Origin: Novosphingobium sp.
GTDB lineage: Bacteria > Pseudomonadota > Alphaproteobacteria > Sphingomonadales > Sphingomonadaceae
Direction: 5' to 3'
Assembly: GCA_013822005.1 (NCBI GenBank)
Contig: PNJT01000001.1
Coordinates: 1 to 56,356, forward strand
Length of the DNA: 56,356 bases
The notes below the pieces were generated by a model. The model was not told where the DNA came from. It did no database searches and saw nothing but the letters and a program-made list of their open reading frames with translations. Made by a program: the position numbers and the translations under genes. This document shows, piece by piece, positions 18,007 to 27,235 of the stretch. Position 1 is the first letter of the stretch, and every line of letters starts with the position of its first letter.

Positions 18007-18287
18007 GCATCGCCCCCTTCCAGCGTCGCTAGTTGGGCCTTGAGCATTTTCGAGGCGATGTTCTGATCAATCATCCGCTGGGGTGCGAGCAGACCGCGAG
18101 CCGCACGAGCGACTACCCAGGTGTTTCTCTGCGACCACAGAACCTTGCCTAAGCGGCGAAGGCGTTCTATGTCTTCGTTGTCGAAATTCAGCCCCGCCAA
18201 GAGCTTTTCGATTTGAGGGTCGCGCACCGATAGCCGGACGCGGCCCTCTCGCCTTTCAAGGGGGCGGACCCTTTCCGTTGCGGCCAC
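18003..18287 (-). CDS. Hypothetical protein
   Basis: 94 aa; tightly packed in the xis operon. Confidence 0.6.
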   Translation of the reverse strand: MAATERVRPLERREGRVRLSVRDPQIEKLLAGLNFDNEDIERLRRLGKVLWSQRNTWVVARAARGLLAPQRMIDQNIASKMLKAQLATLEGGDA

Positions 18288-18290
18288 TGT

Positions 18291-18491
18291 TCACGCCGCC
18301 TCGCTGGTCGAGTGAACAATGCGGGCAGCTACCCACGCCCGGACATCACCAGGGCGGTAGCGAACCAACCTTCCCATCTTGACGAAGGGTGGGCCGTCAC
18401 CTCTGACGCGTTCCTTTTGCAAGGACGAAACGGCACAGCCGCGATATGCGGCATGCTGCCGCTCATCCCAAAGTTGATCGTTCGGTTCCAT
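18291..18491 (-). CDS. Excisionase/AlpA-like HTH protein
   Basis: LQKERVRGDGPPFVKMGRLVRYRPGDVRAWV. Confidence 0.85.
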   Translation of the reverse strand: MEPNDQLWDERQHAAYRGCAVSSLQKERVRGDGPPFVKMGRLVRYRPGDVRAWVAARIVHSTSEAA

Positions 18492-18588
18492 TGAGTGCTC
18501 CCAATCCAAACCAGCGTAGGTGCTGGTTGTTGGGGGCAAGGTCGTGCATGTTTGCCGTCCGCTAAAGAGGTTGAATAACCGTCCGATA

Positions 18589-19884
18589 TCATAAATTCGG
18601 ACGCACCCGCTTGTTGAAGGCGGCGCGAATGTGATGCTTTACCGTCCCGGTCGTCACGCGGGGGTATTCACGGTAACGCGGATCGTCGTTGAACTGCTTG
18701 GTGATTGCTTCGGCTTCGGCAGCAAGGCCAGGCATGCATGCGCCTGCTTCAATCCGCTGCTCAAAAATCAATGTTGTGATGTTGCGTGAAGTAGGCCTGC
18801 CTGCAAAACCGTTCCTGGGCGCAGGTGTTGGATCTTGTCTGGGTCCCGTCTCTGTTGCTGGAAAGACCGAGCGGACCTGTTGCGACAAGAATTGGCAATC
18901 CCGAATGCCAGGTAGAAACCTGACACCTTCGTGCTCATAGCTGATTGCCCACTGCGTCCATTCGTGTTGCTGAATTGGCCTGCACTGGCCGTTGCTGGTT
19001 TCTGTTCCGATCCCGGACACTTCCCCAGTCTCCAATTTCTCGCGAAAGTCCAGTGAGGCCGATGTAAAAGTTTTTCCGAACCGTTCCCCTGCATCGTCAC
19101 CCAAGCAAATCCATGCCGCCGCAGAATGGACCGAGCCACGGTTGGCGAACTGACGACCTTCATAGGTTTGGACTGCCGAGACATATGTCGGGTCTCTGGA
19201 AACCACCCAAGCGAGCGCGGAGAATATTGTCCAATATCCCTCGCGCGGTGGACCAGCTTCCGCCATGTAATCATCCAGGATCAGCGCGTCATCATCGTGC
19301 CGCCCGTGGTCGATCCAGCCGTTTGGCGGCTCCCTTTGCATTTCTACTGATAGCGGAGGTTCATCTGGCCTATCGCGAAATTCAATTTGCACCTCATCTC
19401 TGCGCAGATGAAGATCGTAAAATGCAACTGTGCGCTGCACTTCGTCCAATATCGCAGAGAGGCTATTTGCGTGCTTCGCCCATCCTTTAGTAACGAGGTC
19501 GCATGTCCGATCCGGTGACACCTCACGCCCCGTCATTTGCTGTTCGGTTATGATTTCAAGGTCTGCGGTAGGGGTGGCTCGCCCGAGCAACTTGCAGCGC
19601 CCCTTTTTGATGCTCCTCCGCAGATTTTCTTCGAGCGACATCAGTTCGACAAGTGACGGTGACAATCCATCCTCGCCGTTGATCGCCTCATAGACGCGAT
19701 GCACTGCTACGATTCCGCAAAATTGCTCGCTTCCGTCTCCAGCGGGATCGTAAATTTCGAGGATTTTGATGCAGGCCTCGACTGCCGCCTGGCGGACCTC
19801 ACTAGGTTGGCTGTAGGCGAGAGCCAACGGCCACGGCCAGAGAGGTTCACTGACCCATTTTTCCGTTAAGCCAGCTTCGATCAT
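18589..19884 (-). CDS. Hypothetical protein with an apparent internal duplication and C-terminal HTH-like region
   Basis: ATGA-coupled to the integrase; two W..ALA(W/Y) segments; C-terminal GRP..AEAEAI..TVKHHI. Confidence 0.7.
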   Translation of the reverse strand: MIEAGLTEKWVSEPLWPWPLALAYSQPSEVRQAAVEACIKILEIYDPAGDGSEQFCGIVAVHRVYEAINGEDGLSPSLVELMSLEENLRRSIKKGRCKLLGRATPTADLEIITEQQMTGREVSPDRTCDLVTKGWAKHANSLSAILDEVQRTVAFYDLHLRRDEVQIEFRDRPDEPPLSVEMQREPPNGWIDHGRHDDDALILDDYMAEAGPPREGYWTIFSALAWVVSRDPTYVSAVQTYEGRQFANRGSVHSAAAWICLGDDAGERFGKTFTSASLDFREKLETGEVSGIGTETSNGQCRPIQQHEWTQWAISYEHEGVRFLPGIRDCQFLSQQVRSVFPATETGPRQDPTPAPRNGFAGRPTSRNITTLIFEQRIEAGACMPGLAAEAEAITKQFNDDPRYREYPRVTTGTVKHHIRAAFNKRVRPNL

Positions 19885-21137
19885 GCTTGAGCCTTTGTGA
19901 GCGGAATAACATTGTCCTTGGGGGCAAGGAGTCCCGATAGAAATGCCCCCCATTGGCTCATTGCCACCACCTTTTCAGGTCCGTAGTCGTGCCGTTGATA
20001 GTTCTTTGCTGAACCATTCCTTGAGCGACCGGCCAGCCGGTTTTCACACGCTTCAATCACTTCACCCGGAACGCCAAGGGCTTGCATGTGGGTTGCCATT
20101 GAGCGGCGCAGGTCGTGCAGCCGCCAAGCATCAATGACGGCGTCCGGATCGTCTAATTGCTCGGTTGTTAGCATCGCCTCATCGAGTGCGCGCTTTGCTT
20201 TGGAAAAGCCGCTGATCGGCGTCTTGCCGTTTGTAGTAAACAGCAGCCCGCGACGGGGCCAGACCACGCCGTTTGCGAGATTATCAAGCTCGGCCAAGGC
20301 CAAAGCTGAAAGCGGCAACAGGTTTTCTGTGCCGTTCTTTGTCCGCGCCGAGGGGACTAACCATTGCGCCTTGCCCCGGTCTAGTTCTCGCCAATCCAGC
20401 CCCGCGACTTCGTTTCTGCGCTGCCCAGTTATTAACAGCAAGCGGACAAATGCGCCAAATGGGGCCGAAATGGATTGGCTGGCATTATAGAAAGTCACCA
20501 TCTCCGATTCATTCAGTACCCGGTCGCGGCTGTCGACAGAGGGCGGAGCCTTCATATCTGCTAGCGGGTTGTGCGGAATATCATCGCGTTCAGCAGCCCA
20601 CGCGCAGAGCTTGTGCAGAACGGCAAAGGTATTGCGGCGGACAGCCCCGGCTGGCAGGCCGTCGAGAAGGCGAATTACGTCTTTCTTGTTGAGCGAGGGC
20701 AGGGGATTCCTGCCGAGCGCAGGCTTCACATGAAGCCGCAGGATCGACTCTGCAAAGCCATAAGAGCGGGGCTTCCATTCCCGTTTGACGTATTCCTTGA
20801 GGAATCTATCGGCATAGACATCGAACGCAAGTTCAACCGCCTCACGCTGGCCGCGCTTCTTTTCGGTTGCCGGATCGACTCCCTGCGCCACCAAGATCAG
20901 AAGCCGCTCAGCCTCTTTCCCTGCGCTGTCCGGCGTCCACGTGCCGTGCGCGCCTATGGTGTAACGTCGAACTGGAGAGCCGCGCCCCCCCATCCGGTAT
21001 TGCAGAACATAGACCAGCTTTCCGGCTGGGGTGCATTTGACGCCAAAGCCCCTGCGGTCGCTATCCCACAGGAAGACATCTCCCATCCCCGGCTTCATCG
21101 CATCGACCGCACGCTTCGTTATCTTGCCTGTTGCCAT
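19881..21137 (-). CDS. Tyrosine integrase (P4-like, N-terminal arm-binding domain)
   Basis: LWD..GFGVK arm domain; TGQRRNEV, RTKNG, LHDLRRS, KNYQRHDY. Confidence 0.95.
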   Translation of the reverse strand: MATGKITKRAVDAMKPGMGDVFLWDSDRRGFGVKCTPAGKLVYVLQYRMGGRGSPVRRYTIGAHGTWTPDSAGKEAERLLILVAQGVDPATEKKRGQREAVELAFDVYADRFLKEYVKREWKPRSYGFAESILRLHVKPALGRNPLPSLNKKDVIRLLDGLPAGAVRRNTFAVLHKLCAWAAERDDIPHNPLADMKAPPSVDSRDRVLNESEMVTFYNASQSISAPFGAFVRLLLITGQRRNEVAGLDWRELDRGKAQWLVPSARTKNGTENLLPLSALALAELDNLANGVVWPRRGLLFTTNGKTPISGFSKAKRALDEAMLTTEQLDDPDAVIDAWRLHDLRRSMATHMQALGVPGEVIEACENRLAGRSRNGSAKNYQRHDYGPEKVVAMSQWGAFLSGLLAPKDNVIPLTKAQA

Positions 21138-21149
21138 GATCGAACCCGT

Positions 21150-21171
21150 CAGTAATCACCCAGCAATCACC
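21150..21171 (+). repeat. Candidate integrase arm-type sites, right end
   Basis: cagtaatcacc-cagcaatcacc tandem direct repeat. Confidence 0.65.
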
Positions 21172-21288
21172 ATAGCGGCAAACGGCGGCAGATCCAAGAA
21201 GGGAGCGGCAATAGAATACCAGCGGAATCACGTGCCTGTGGAAACCCTAAGGCATGCTCCGGCAAACTCCGGCAACTCGGACCTCAAA

Positions 21289-21334
21289 ACTACGAATCTG
21301 AGGGTCGGACGTTCGAATCGTTCCGGGCGCGCCA
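21289..21334 (+). repeat. attR: duplicated 3' 46 bp of tRNA-Arg
   Basis: Exact match to 10353-10398. Confidence 0.95.
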
Positions 21335-21375
21335 TTACAAAAACGGCTCACCGCAAGGTGGGCCTTTTTTGTAAT
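21335..21375 (+). terminator. Probable original tRNA-Arg terminator
   Basis: ggctcacc-gcaa-ggtgggcc followed by a T run. Confidence 0.7.
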
Positions 21376-21449
21376 TGTGGGTCACGGACCGAGACGAACC
21401 TTCGGAGTCGGAGCGAAGCGGAGACGACCGAGCCCGGGAGGGCGAGGAC

Positions 21450-21468
21450 AATCGTTCCGGGCGCGCCA
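21450..21468 (+). repeat. Third copy of the tRNA-Arg 3' end (19 bp)
   Basis: aatcgttccgggcgcgcca. Confidence 0.85.
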
Positions 21469-21500
21469 ACACACCAAAGGCCAACGTGTTTGGATTGAAT

Positions 21501-21588
21501 CTCCCCGGCGGGGAGGGGTTGGGGGTGGGGGGCGACGCCCGAAAGTGCAGAGCCCCCATCCCAACCCTTCCCCACTGGGGAAGGGCTT
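21501..21588. repeat. REP-like CCCCTCCC..GGGAGGGG family element
   Basis: Double hairpin similar to 27682-27773 and 33042-33147. Confidence 0.8.
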
Positions 21589-21615
21589 TCCTGTCTTGGC
21601 CAGGCGCGATCAGTT

Positions 21616-23610
21616 CTAAACCGGCACCGCGATCTGTTTGCCACCGAACACCGCCTGCCAGTTTTCGATTTCGCCGACCACCACATCGTCGGCGGCGTGG
21701 ACCAGTTCGATCACTTCACCGAAGCTGAGCTTGCCGGCCGGGGCCTGGGCGAGCAGCGCGATCCGCCGGGCGATGGCTTCGAGCTTTTCGCCGGTCACTT
21801 CGGAAATGTCGCCGAAGCGTTCGAAATCGCCGAAGTAGCGGATCCCGGCGATCCCCGCGCCGAAAGTGGGGAACATCACGCCCAGCACGGTGAAATACTT
21901 CGCCAGCCCTTCGACCAGCTGGGCCGAAACCACGTGCAGTGCCTCCAGCCCGCGCAGCGCAAGGTAGAGCGCGACGGCGGCCACCGCGAGCTGGAACAGG
22001 CGGCCGGACAATGTGTCGAGCTTGTGGTGGACGCTCGCCAGGCGCTGTGCCTTGGCCAGGTGGTAGTCACGCTGGCCGTGGACATGATCGGCCAGCGGGC
22101 CGATCAGCACCTGGCGCAGATAGTCCTGCCCGATCGCCACCCGCGGCAGCCCGACATCGCGCAGCACTTGCCGGGCATAGAATTCGGGCCAGCTGGCATC
22201 GGCCCCGCGCGGCCAGCGTCCGGGCGGGCGGGCGGTACCCAGCACCAGCAGCAGCGGGGCATGGCGCAAGTACTCCGCCGCGCGGCGCGCTTCGAACCAG
22301 CGGCTGTGCAATCTGCGGCGGCGGCCGAAATAAGTGATCGCCAGGATCCCGCACAGCAGCAGCAGTTCGGCCAGGGCGAACAGCCACTTCTGATCGGCCC
22401 CGACAAATGGCAGGTAGGAAATCCCGCCAACAATCGCCAGGCTGGAGAGCACGAAGTTGATGGTCATCCCGCCGCGATAGGAATCCGAAAGCCGGGCCGC
22501 GATCCCTTCGGCCCAGGCAAAGCGCTGCATGACCCGCCCGGCGATCGTCTCGACATGGTCCGGGTCGGCACCGGGCAATTGGCGTGCCTGGCCAAGGAAC
22601 CTAGCCCCGCTGCCAGTCGCGATCGCTGCGGGGCGCTCGTAGCGCTGGGTCAGGCCGCGCAAGGCGTGCTTCAGGCCATGCCCGGCGAACAGCGCCTCGA
22701 CCCGGCGATAGGCATGGGCCAGGCGGCTGCTCCTGTCGCGCCAGCGCTCGGCATCGAGCGCGGTGAAGCCGGGTTCTTCGGGATCGGATCCGGGATTGAG
22801 CGCGCGATGGACCAGCGCGGTCAGCGCCGCCTCGCGCCCGGCAGGATCGCCTGGGCCTGCAGTGGTGGCGAGCGCTTCGGGCCCGCTCAGGATTCGCCAG
22901 TCCTCGGGCCGGGCCGGATCGATCCACAGCACCGGCGCGCCCAGATCGAGCGCGGTGGCGATGGTGTGGCCGGTGCCGCCGACATGCGCGGTGGTCACCC
23001 CGTCCCAGACCCCGATCACCAGATCCGACTGTTCGACCAGAATCCGCCCGGCCAGCGCTACCCGGCGCGAAGCCTCGGCCGCATAAAGCGCGGCGGCTGT
23101 GCTGTCTTGCGGACTATCGAGCTTGGCCAGGAACAGCGCGGCAATCCGTTCATCGGCATCGGCCAGCGCGAACAGCCGGGCGCGGTCGGCCAGCGCGCGG
23201 ATCGCGGCGGCGTGGTCTTGCGTCGCGCGATCGCGTGCATCCTCGCCCGCCAGCAAGCGCCGGGCATCGGCCGGGTCATCGGTCAGCGAGTTGATCGCGC
23301 GGTTGAGCCGCCGCCCGAACGGCAAGGGCGCGACCAGTTCATAGCCGCGATCGAGCCCCATCACCGAGGCCATCCGGTCGGTCCCGTCGGCCAGCAGGGT
23401 GTGGATCCGGGTTTGCGCGAAACCGCCAAGCGCGGCGCGACTGGGAGCCTGAACAATGGCGCGGTCGATCCAATCGAACAGCTGCGCCATCACTGCGGCG
23501 ATGCGCGTTTCGCTCTCGGCGAAATGGTAATGCCTGGCACGGTGGCCGGTAACGCCGATCGACAGCCGGACTGGCGGCGCAGGCGGGGCAGGGACGTCGG
23601 TAGGGCGCAT
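21616..23610 (-). CDS. SLOG-domain protein fused to SLATT/DUF4231-like TM effector domains
   Basis: IGVTGHR, LADGTDR, SDLVIGVWDG..GGT; two TM pairs, the first followed by WFEARRAAEYLR. Confidence 0.75.
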   Translation of the reverse strand: MRPTDVPAPPAPPVRLSIGVTGHRARHYHFAESETRIAAVMAQLFDWIDRAIVQAPSRAALGGFAQTRIHTLLADGTDRMASVMGLDRGYELVAPLPFGRRLNRAINSLTDDPADARRLLAGEDARDRATQDHAAAIRALADRARLFALADADERIAALFLAKLDSPQDSTAAALYAAEASRRVALAGRILVEQSDLVIGVWDGVTTAHVGGTGHTIATALDLGAPVLWIDPARPEDWRILSGPEALATTAGPGDPAGREAALTALVHRALNPGSDPEEPGFTALDAERWRDRSSRLAHAYRRVEALFAGHGLKHALRGLTQRYERPAAIATGSGARFLGQARQLPGADPDHVETIAGRVMQRFAWAEGIAARLSDSYRGGMTINFVLSSLAIVGGISYLPFVGADQKWLFALAELLLLCGILAITYFGRRRRLHSRWFEARRAAEYLRHAPLLLVLGTARPPGRWPRGADASWPEFYARQVLRDVGLPRVAIGQDYLRQVLIGPLADHVHGQRDYHLAKAQRLASVHHKLDTLSGRLFQLAVAAVALYLALRGLEALHVVSAQLVEGLAKYFTVLGVMFPTFGAGIAGIRYFGDFERFGDISEVTGEKLEAIARRIALLAQAPAGKLSFGEVIELVHAADDVVVGEIENWQAVFGGKQIAVPV

Positions 23611-23648
23611 TCGGATCGGTTGTGCCGCAAGGCTGCGCGGGCGGCAAG

Positions 23649-25037
23649 CTAAGGTTGCACCGGCCCGCACTGCGCCAGCCGGGCCGCGCAGAGCCAGTCC
23701 GGCGCGGCGCGGTAGGTCGCCAGCGGCCAGGCGATCGCGCCGAACCCGGCTACGACCACCGCCAGCACCAAAGCCGGGCGGCGCGGCAGGCCGTGGTGCT
23801 TCCATTCCAGCGCGGCCATGGCATGGCCCAGCAGCAACGGGATGAAGTAGTGATAACTGTAGAGCACCCGCACGGCATCGAGCCATTGCAGCAGCGCCAT
23901 GTTGCCCAGCCAGCCGGCCAGCAACATGGCCCGCAGCGGGCTCTGCCGCAGCCGTCCGGGGAGCAGGCTGGTCAGCACTCCCAGCAGCGCGATCAGCCAG
24001 GCCGCCTGGTTGGGGACCAGCGCGATCGAATGGAGCGTGCCGCTGGTCCGGTCGGCGTTGTAGAGGATCATGCCTTTGCCCAGCAACCACTGCCAGGGGT
24101 GCGACCCGTGGGGATCGCTGGCCGGGATTGCCGCCAGGTCATACGCCATCGCGCGCTGCATTCCGGCTGCAGCGCCGGCCATATCGCTCAGCGACCAGGT
24201 GCCGGTGCGATAGACCTCGGCGCGGCTGGGGGCATCGAAGGCAAGGTCGCGCTGTCCGACCGGGGTGGCGGCAGCGGGCGGCAGTTTCGACGCGTTCATC
24301 CATGCGCCCATCACCAGCAGCGCCGCCAGCAATGCAGCTCCGCCCCCGGCAAGGCAGCGCGAGGCGGCGGCGCGCCACTGACGGCCGCGCAGCAGCGGCC
24401 AGAGCATCACCGGGACCATCGCACCCAGCATCAGGCCGTTGAGCCGAACCATGGCCGCCAGCGCGACGAACAGGCCGAACAGCGCATAGCCGGTTACATC
24501 CTGCCGCCGCTGCGCCCGCATGGCAGCCAGCACGGCGGCCAGCGCAAAGGTCAGCTGGAAAGGATCGAGCTGGGCCGAGCGGAACTGGACCAGCAGCGCA
24601 GTATCGGCCAGGACCAGCAGTGAGAGCAGCCCGGCGGCAACCGCACTGCCGGTCAATTGCAGCATCAGTACGGCAAACAGCAGCGCGGCGACGATCCCGA
24701 ACAGGGCAGGGGCGAGGCGCGGGCCGGAATAGTCGAAGTCTGCCGGCATGGCCGCGGCGGCGGTCTTGCGCTCGGCCCCAATCCTTTGCCAGCCAGCATT
24801 CCGGTTGCGTTCGCTCAGGCTGTCTCCGGCCGCGATCAGCATGGTCCCCAACGGCGGGTGGGTGGCATACTGGGTAGTGCCCTGATGGTAGCGCGCGGTT
24901 GTCGGCAAGTGATAGGCTTCGTCCCAGACCGGGGACTGCGGGGTGCCGAGCCGGTCAAGATAGAGCCAACCCGCCACAGCCGCGACCAGCGCCAGCAACA
25001 GGACGGCGTGACGCAGGGGCGGGGCGGGCTGGTCCAT
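23649..25037 (-). CDS. PMT (GT39-like) lipid-carrier-dependent glycosyltransferase
   Basis: WDEAYH, HPPLG, HGSHPWQW, YSYHY; many TM segments. Confidence 0.8.
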   Translation of the reverse strand: MDQPAPPLRHAVLLLALVAAVAGWLYLDRLGTPQSPVWDEAYHLPTTARYHQGTTQYATHPPLGTMLIAAGDSLSERNRNAGWQRIGAERKTAAAAMPADFDYSGPRLAPALFGIVAALLFAVLMLQLTGSAVAAGLLSLLVLADTALLVQFRSAQLDPFQLTFALAAVLAAMRAQRRQDVTGYALFGLFVALAAMVRLNGLMLGAMVPVMLWPLLRGRQWRAAASRCLAGGGAALLAALLVMGAWMNASKLPPAAATPVGQRDLAFDAPSRAEVYRTGTWSLSDMAGAAAGMQRAMAYDLAAIPASDPHGSHPWQWLLGKGMILYNADRTSGTLHSIALVPNQAAWLIALLGVLTSLLPGRLRQSPLRAMLLAGWLGNMALLQWLDAVRVLYSYHYFIPLLLGHAMAALEWKHHGLPRRPALVLAVVVAGFGAIAWPLATYRAAPDWLCAARLAQCGPVQP

Positions 25038-25121
25038 GGCCGTGGGATGTCACAAGGCCGCGCAAAGGAAAAGCGCAAGCGGTGCGTGACGCGGCAGGCA
25101 GCGGTGGATAGAAGTAGCACA

Positions 25122-26630
25122 ATGGACCCCAACGATCCCGATCCCGCCGTATCGCCATCGGTCTGGCGCTACGTCCGCGCTGACCGTGCCCATGTGGTGA
25201 TCGATGCGGCGGCCTATTTCACGCTGATGCAGCAGGCGATGGAGCAAGCCCGGCAGCGGATTCACCTGATCGGCTGGGATTTCGACACCCGGATGCGGCT
25301 GGGCAGCGGGCGGCGGTTCTGGAACCTGCCGCGCAAGCGGGTCAAACCGGCGCGGCTGGGGGCTTTCGTGGTCTGGCTGTGCCAGCGCAGACCCGGGCTG
25401 CAAGTGCGGTTGCTCAAATGGAATATGGGCGCGCTCAAATTCCTGCTGCGCGGGTCGATGATCATCGATCTGATCCGCTGGCTGTTCAGCCCGTCGATCG
25501 ATTTCAAGTTCGATGCCGCGCACCCGGTGGGGTGCAGTCATCACCAGAAGATCGTGGTGATCGATGACATGTTCGCGGCTTGCGGCGGGATCGACATGAC
25601 CAGTGATCGCTGGGACACGCCCGAGCACCTCGAACAGGATCCGCGGCGGCGCAAGCCCTATGGCACCAAGCTCTATGGCCCCTGGCATGATCTGACCATG
25701 CTGGTCGAAGGCGAGGCCGCAGCGGCGCTGAGCGAACTGGGCCGCCAGCGCTGGCTGCAAGCGGGCGGATCGCCGTTGCTGCCCTGTGCGGTGCAAGCGG
25801 ACAGCCCCTGGCCCCAATCGCTCAAGGCTGAATTCCGCGATGTCGAAGTGGGGATCGCGCGAACCCGTACCGCTTGGAACGGGCTGCCTGAACTGCGCGA
25901 GATCGAGGCGCTGTTTGTCGAGCACATCCTGCGCGCGCGTCGCTTCATCTATGCCGAAAGCCAGTACTTCGCCAGCCGCGCGGTGGCCGAGGCGGTGGCC
26001 CGCCGCCTGTCACAACCCGATCCGCCGGAGATTGTGCTGATCAATCCGGAGACCTCTTCGGGCTGGCTGGAGCAGACGGCAATGGATGGCGCTCGCATCC
26101 AGCTGTGCCATGCAATTGCCGAGCATGATCCGGCGGGCCGCTTTCGCATCTTCATTCCCTACAATGCCGCCGGGACGCCAATCTACATTCATTCCAAGGT
26201 GATGATCGTCGATGACGAGGTGGTGCGGATCGGTTCGGCCAATATGAACAACCGCTCGATGGGGCTCGACAGCGAATGCGATCTGTTCATCGATGCCGCG
26301 CGGCCCGGCAATGAACATGCCGCACCCGCAATCCGCAACATCCGGATCACCCTGCTGGCCGAGCATGTCGGGCTGACGCGCGAAAAAGTAGCCACGGTGC
26401 TCGATCGAAATAGTTCGATGATCGATCTGATCGAAAGCGCACCCCGGAAGGGCAAATATGTTGCGCCTTTTGTCTTGCGTCCGTTGACGGATGCAGAGAA
26501 AGCGGTGGCCGACAATGCGCTGCTCGATCCCGAGCGGCCCGAGGACCTGTTCGAGCCGTTCAGCAAGCGGCGCGGGCTGTTCCGCCGGGGCGGCTTCCTC
26601 AAGCCGCCGCGCGAATGGAGAAGGCGATGA
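25122..26630 (+). CDS. Phospholipase D family protein
   Basis: Two HKD motifs: HHQKIVVIDD and IHSKVMIVDD. Confidence 0.92.
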   Translation: MDPNDPDPAVSPSVWRYVRADRAHVVIDAAAYFTLMQQAMEQARQRIHLIGWDFDTRMRLGSGRRFWNLPRKRVKPARLGAFVVWLCQRRPGLQVRLLKWNMGALKFLLRGSMIIDLIRWLFSPSIDFKFDAAHPVGCSHHQKIVVIDDMFAACGGIDMTSDRWDTPEHLEQDPRRRKPYGTKLYGPWHDLTMLVEGEAAAALSELGRQRWLQAGGSPLLPCAVQADSPWPQSLKAEFRDVEVGIARTRTAWNGLPELREIEALFVEHILRARRFIYAESQYFASRAVAEAVARRLSQPDPPEIVLINPETSSGWLEQTAMDGARIQLCHAIAEHDPAGRFRIFIPYNAAGTPIYIHSKVMIVDDEVVRIGSANMNNRSMGLDSECDLFIDAARPGNEHAAPAIRNIRITLLAEHVGLTREKVATVLDRNSSMIDLIESAPRKGKYVAPFVLRPLTDAEKAVADNALLDPERPEDLFEPFSKRRGLFRRGGFLKPPREWRRR

Positions 26631-27235
26631 CATGCGATTCCGATTGCGGTGACGGCGGCCCGATGGCCAGACTTCCGGTGCCCGAGGAGGTGCAGGAAGC
26701 GATCCGCACGCTAATCCGCTGGTCGGGCGACGATCCAGACCGCGAAGGCCTGCTCGATACCCCGGCTCGTGTCGCCCGCGCATGGAAGGAATATTGCCAG
26801 GGCAATGGCGAAGATCCGGCCCACCATTTGGCTCGCCAGTTCGAGGAAGTCGGCGGCTATGACGAGCTGATCTTGCTGAAGGACATTCCCTTCCAGTCGC
26901 ACTGCGAACACCACATGGCCCCGATCACCGGCAAGGCCGCGATCGCCTATATGCCCAAGGACAAGGTCGTGGGGATCTCCAAGCTTGCCCGGGTGCTGCA
27001 CGGCTTTGCCCAGCGCCTGCAAATCCAGGAACGGCTGACTGCCGAAGTGGCGCAATGCATCTGGGATAACCTCAGCCCGCACGGCGTGGCCGTGGTGATC
27101 GAGGCGCAGCACGGCTGCATGACCGGGCGCGGGGTCAGGACTCCGGGCGTCGGCATGGTCACCAGCCGGCTGATGGGCTGTTTCCTGGACGACCACCGCA
27201 GCCGCAAGGAAGTGCTGAGCCTGATGGGGTATTGA
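26627..27235 (+). CDS. folE: GTP cyclohydrolase I
   Basis: REGLLDTPARV, SHCEHHM, GISKLAR, HGCMTGRGV. Confidence 0.96.
   Translation: MTCDSDCGDGGPMARLPVPEEVQEAIRTLIRWSGDDPDREGLLDTPARVARAWKEYCQGNGEDPAHHLARQFEEVGGYDELILLKDIPFQSHCEHHMAPITGKAAIAYMPKDKVVGISKLARVLHGFAQRLQIQERLTAEVAQCIWDNLSPHGVAVVIEAQHGCMTGRGVRTPGVGMVTSRLMGCFLDDHRSRKEVLSLMGY

Larger units (their letters stand above)
10353..21334. mobile_element. tRNA-Arg-integrated genomic island, phage-satellite/IME-like, ~10.9 kb
   Basis: Identical 46-bp direct repeats (10353-10398, 21289-21334); tyrosine integrase next to attR; visibly lower GC than the flanks. Confidence 0.93.

Noticed and set aside
10353-21334. Intact prophage or conjugative ICE
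   Set aside because: No capsid, tail, large terminase, relaxase or T4SS genes are recognisable
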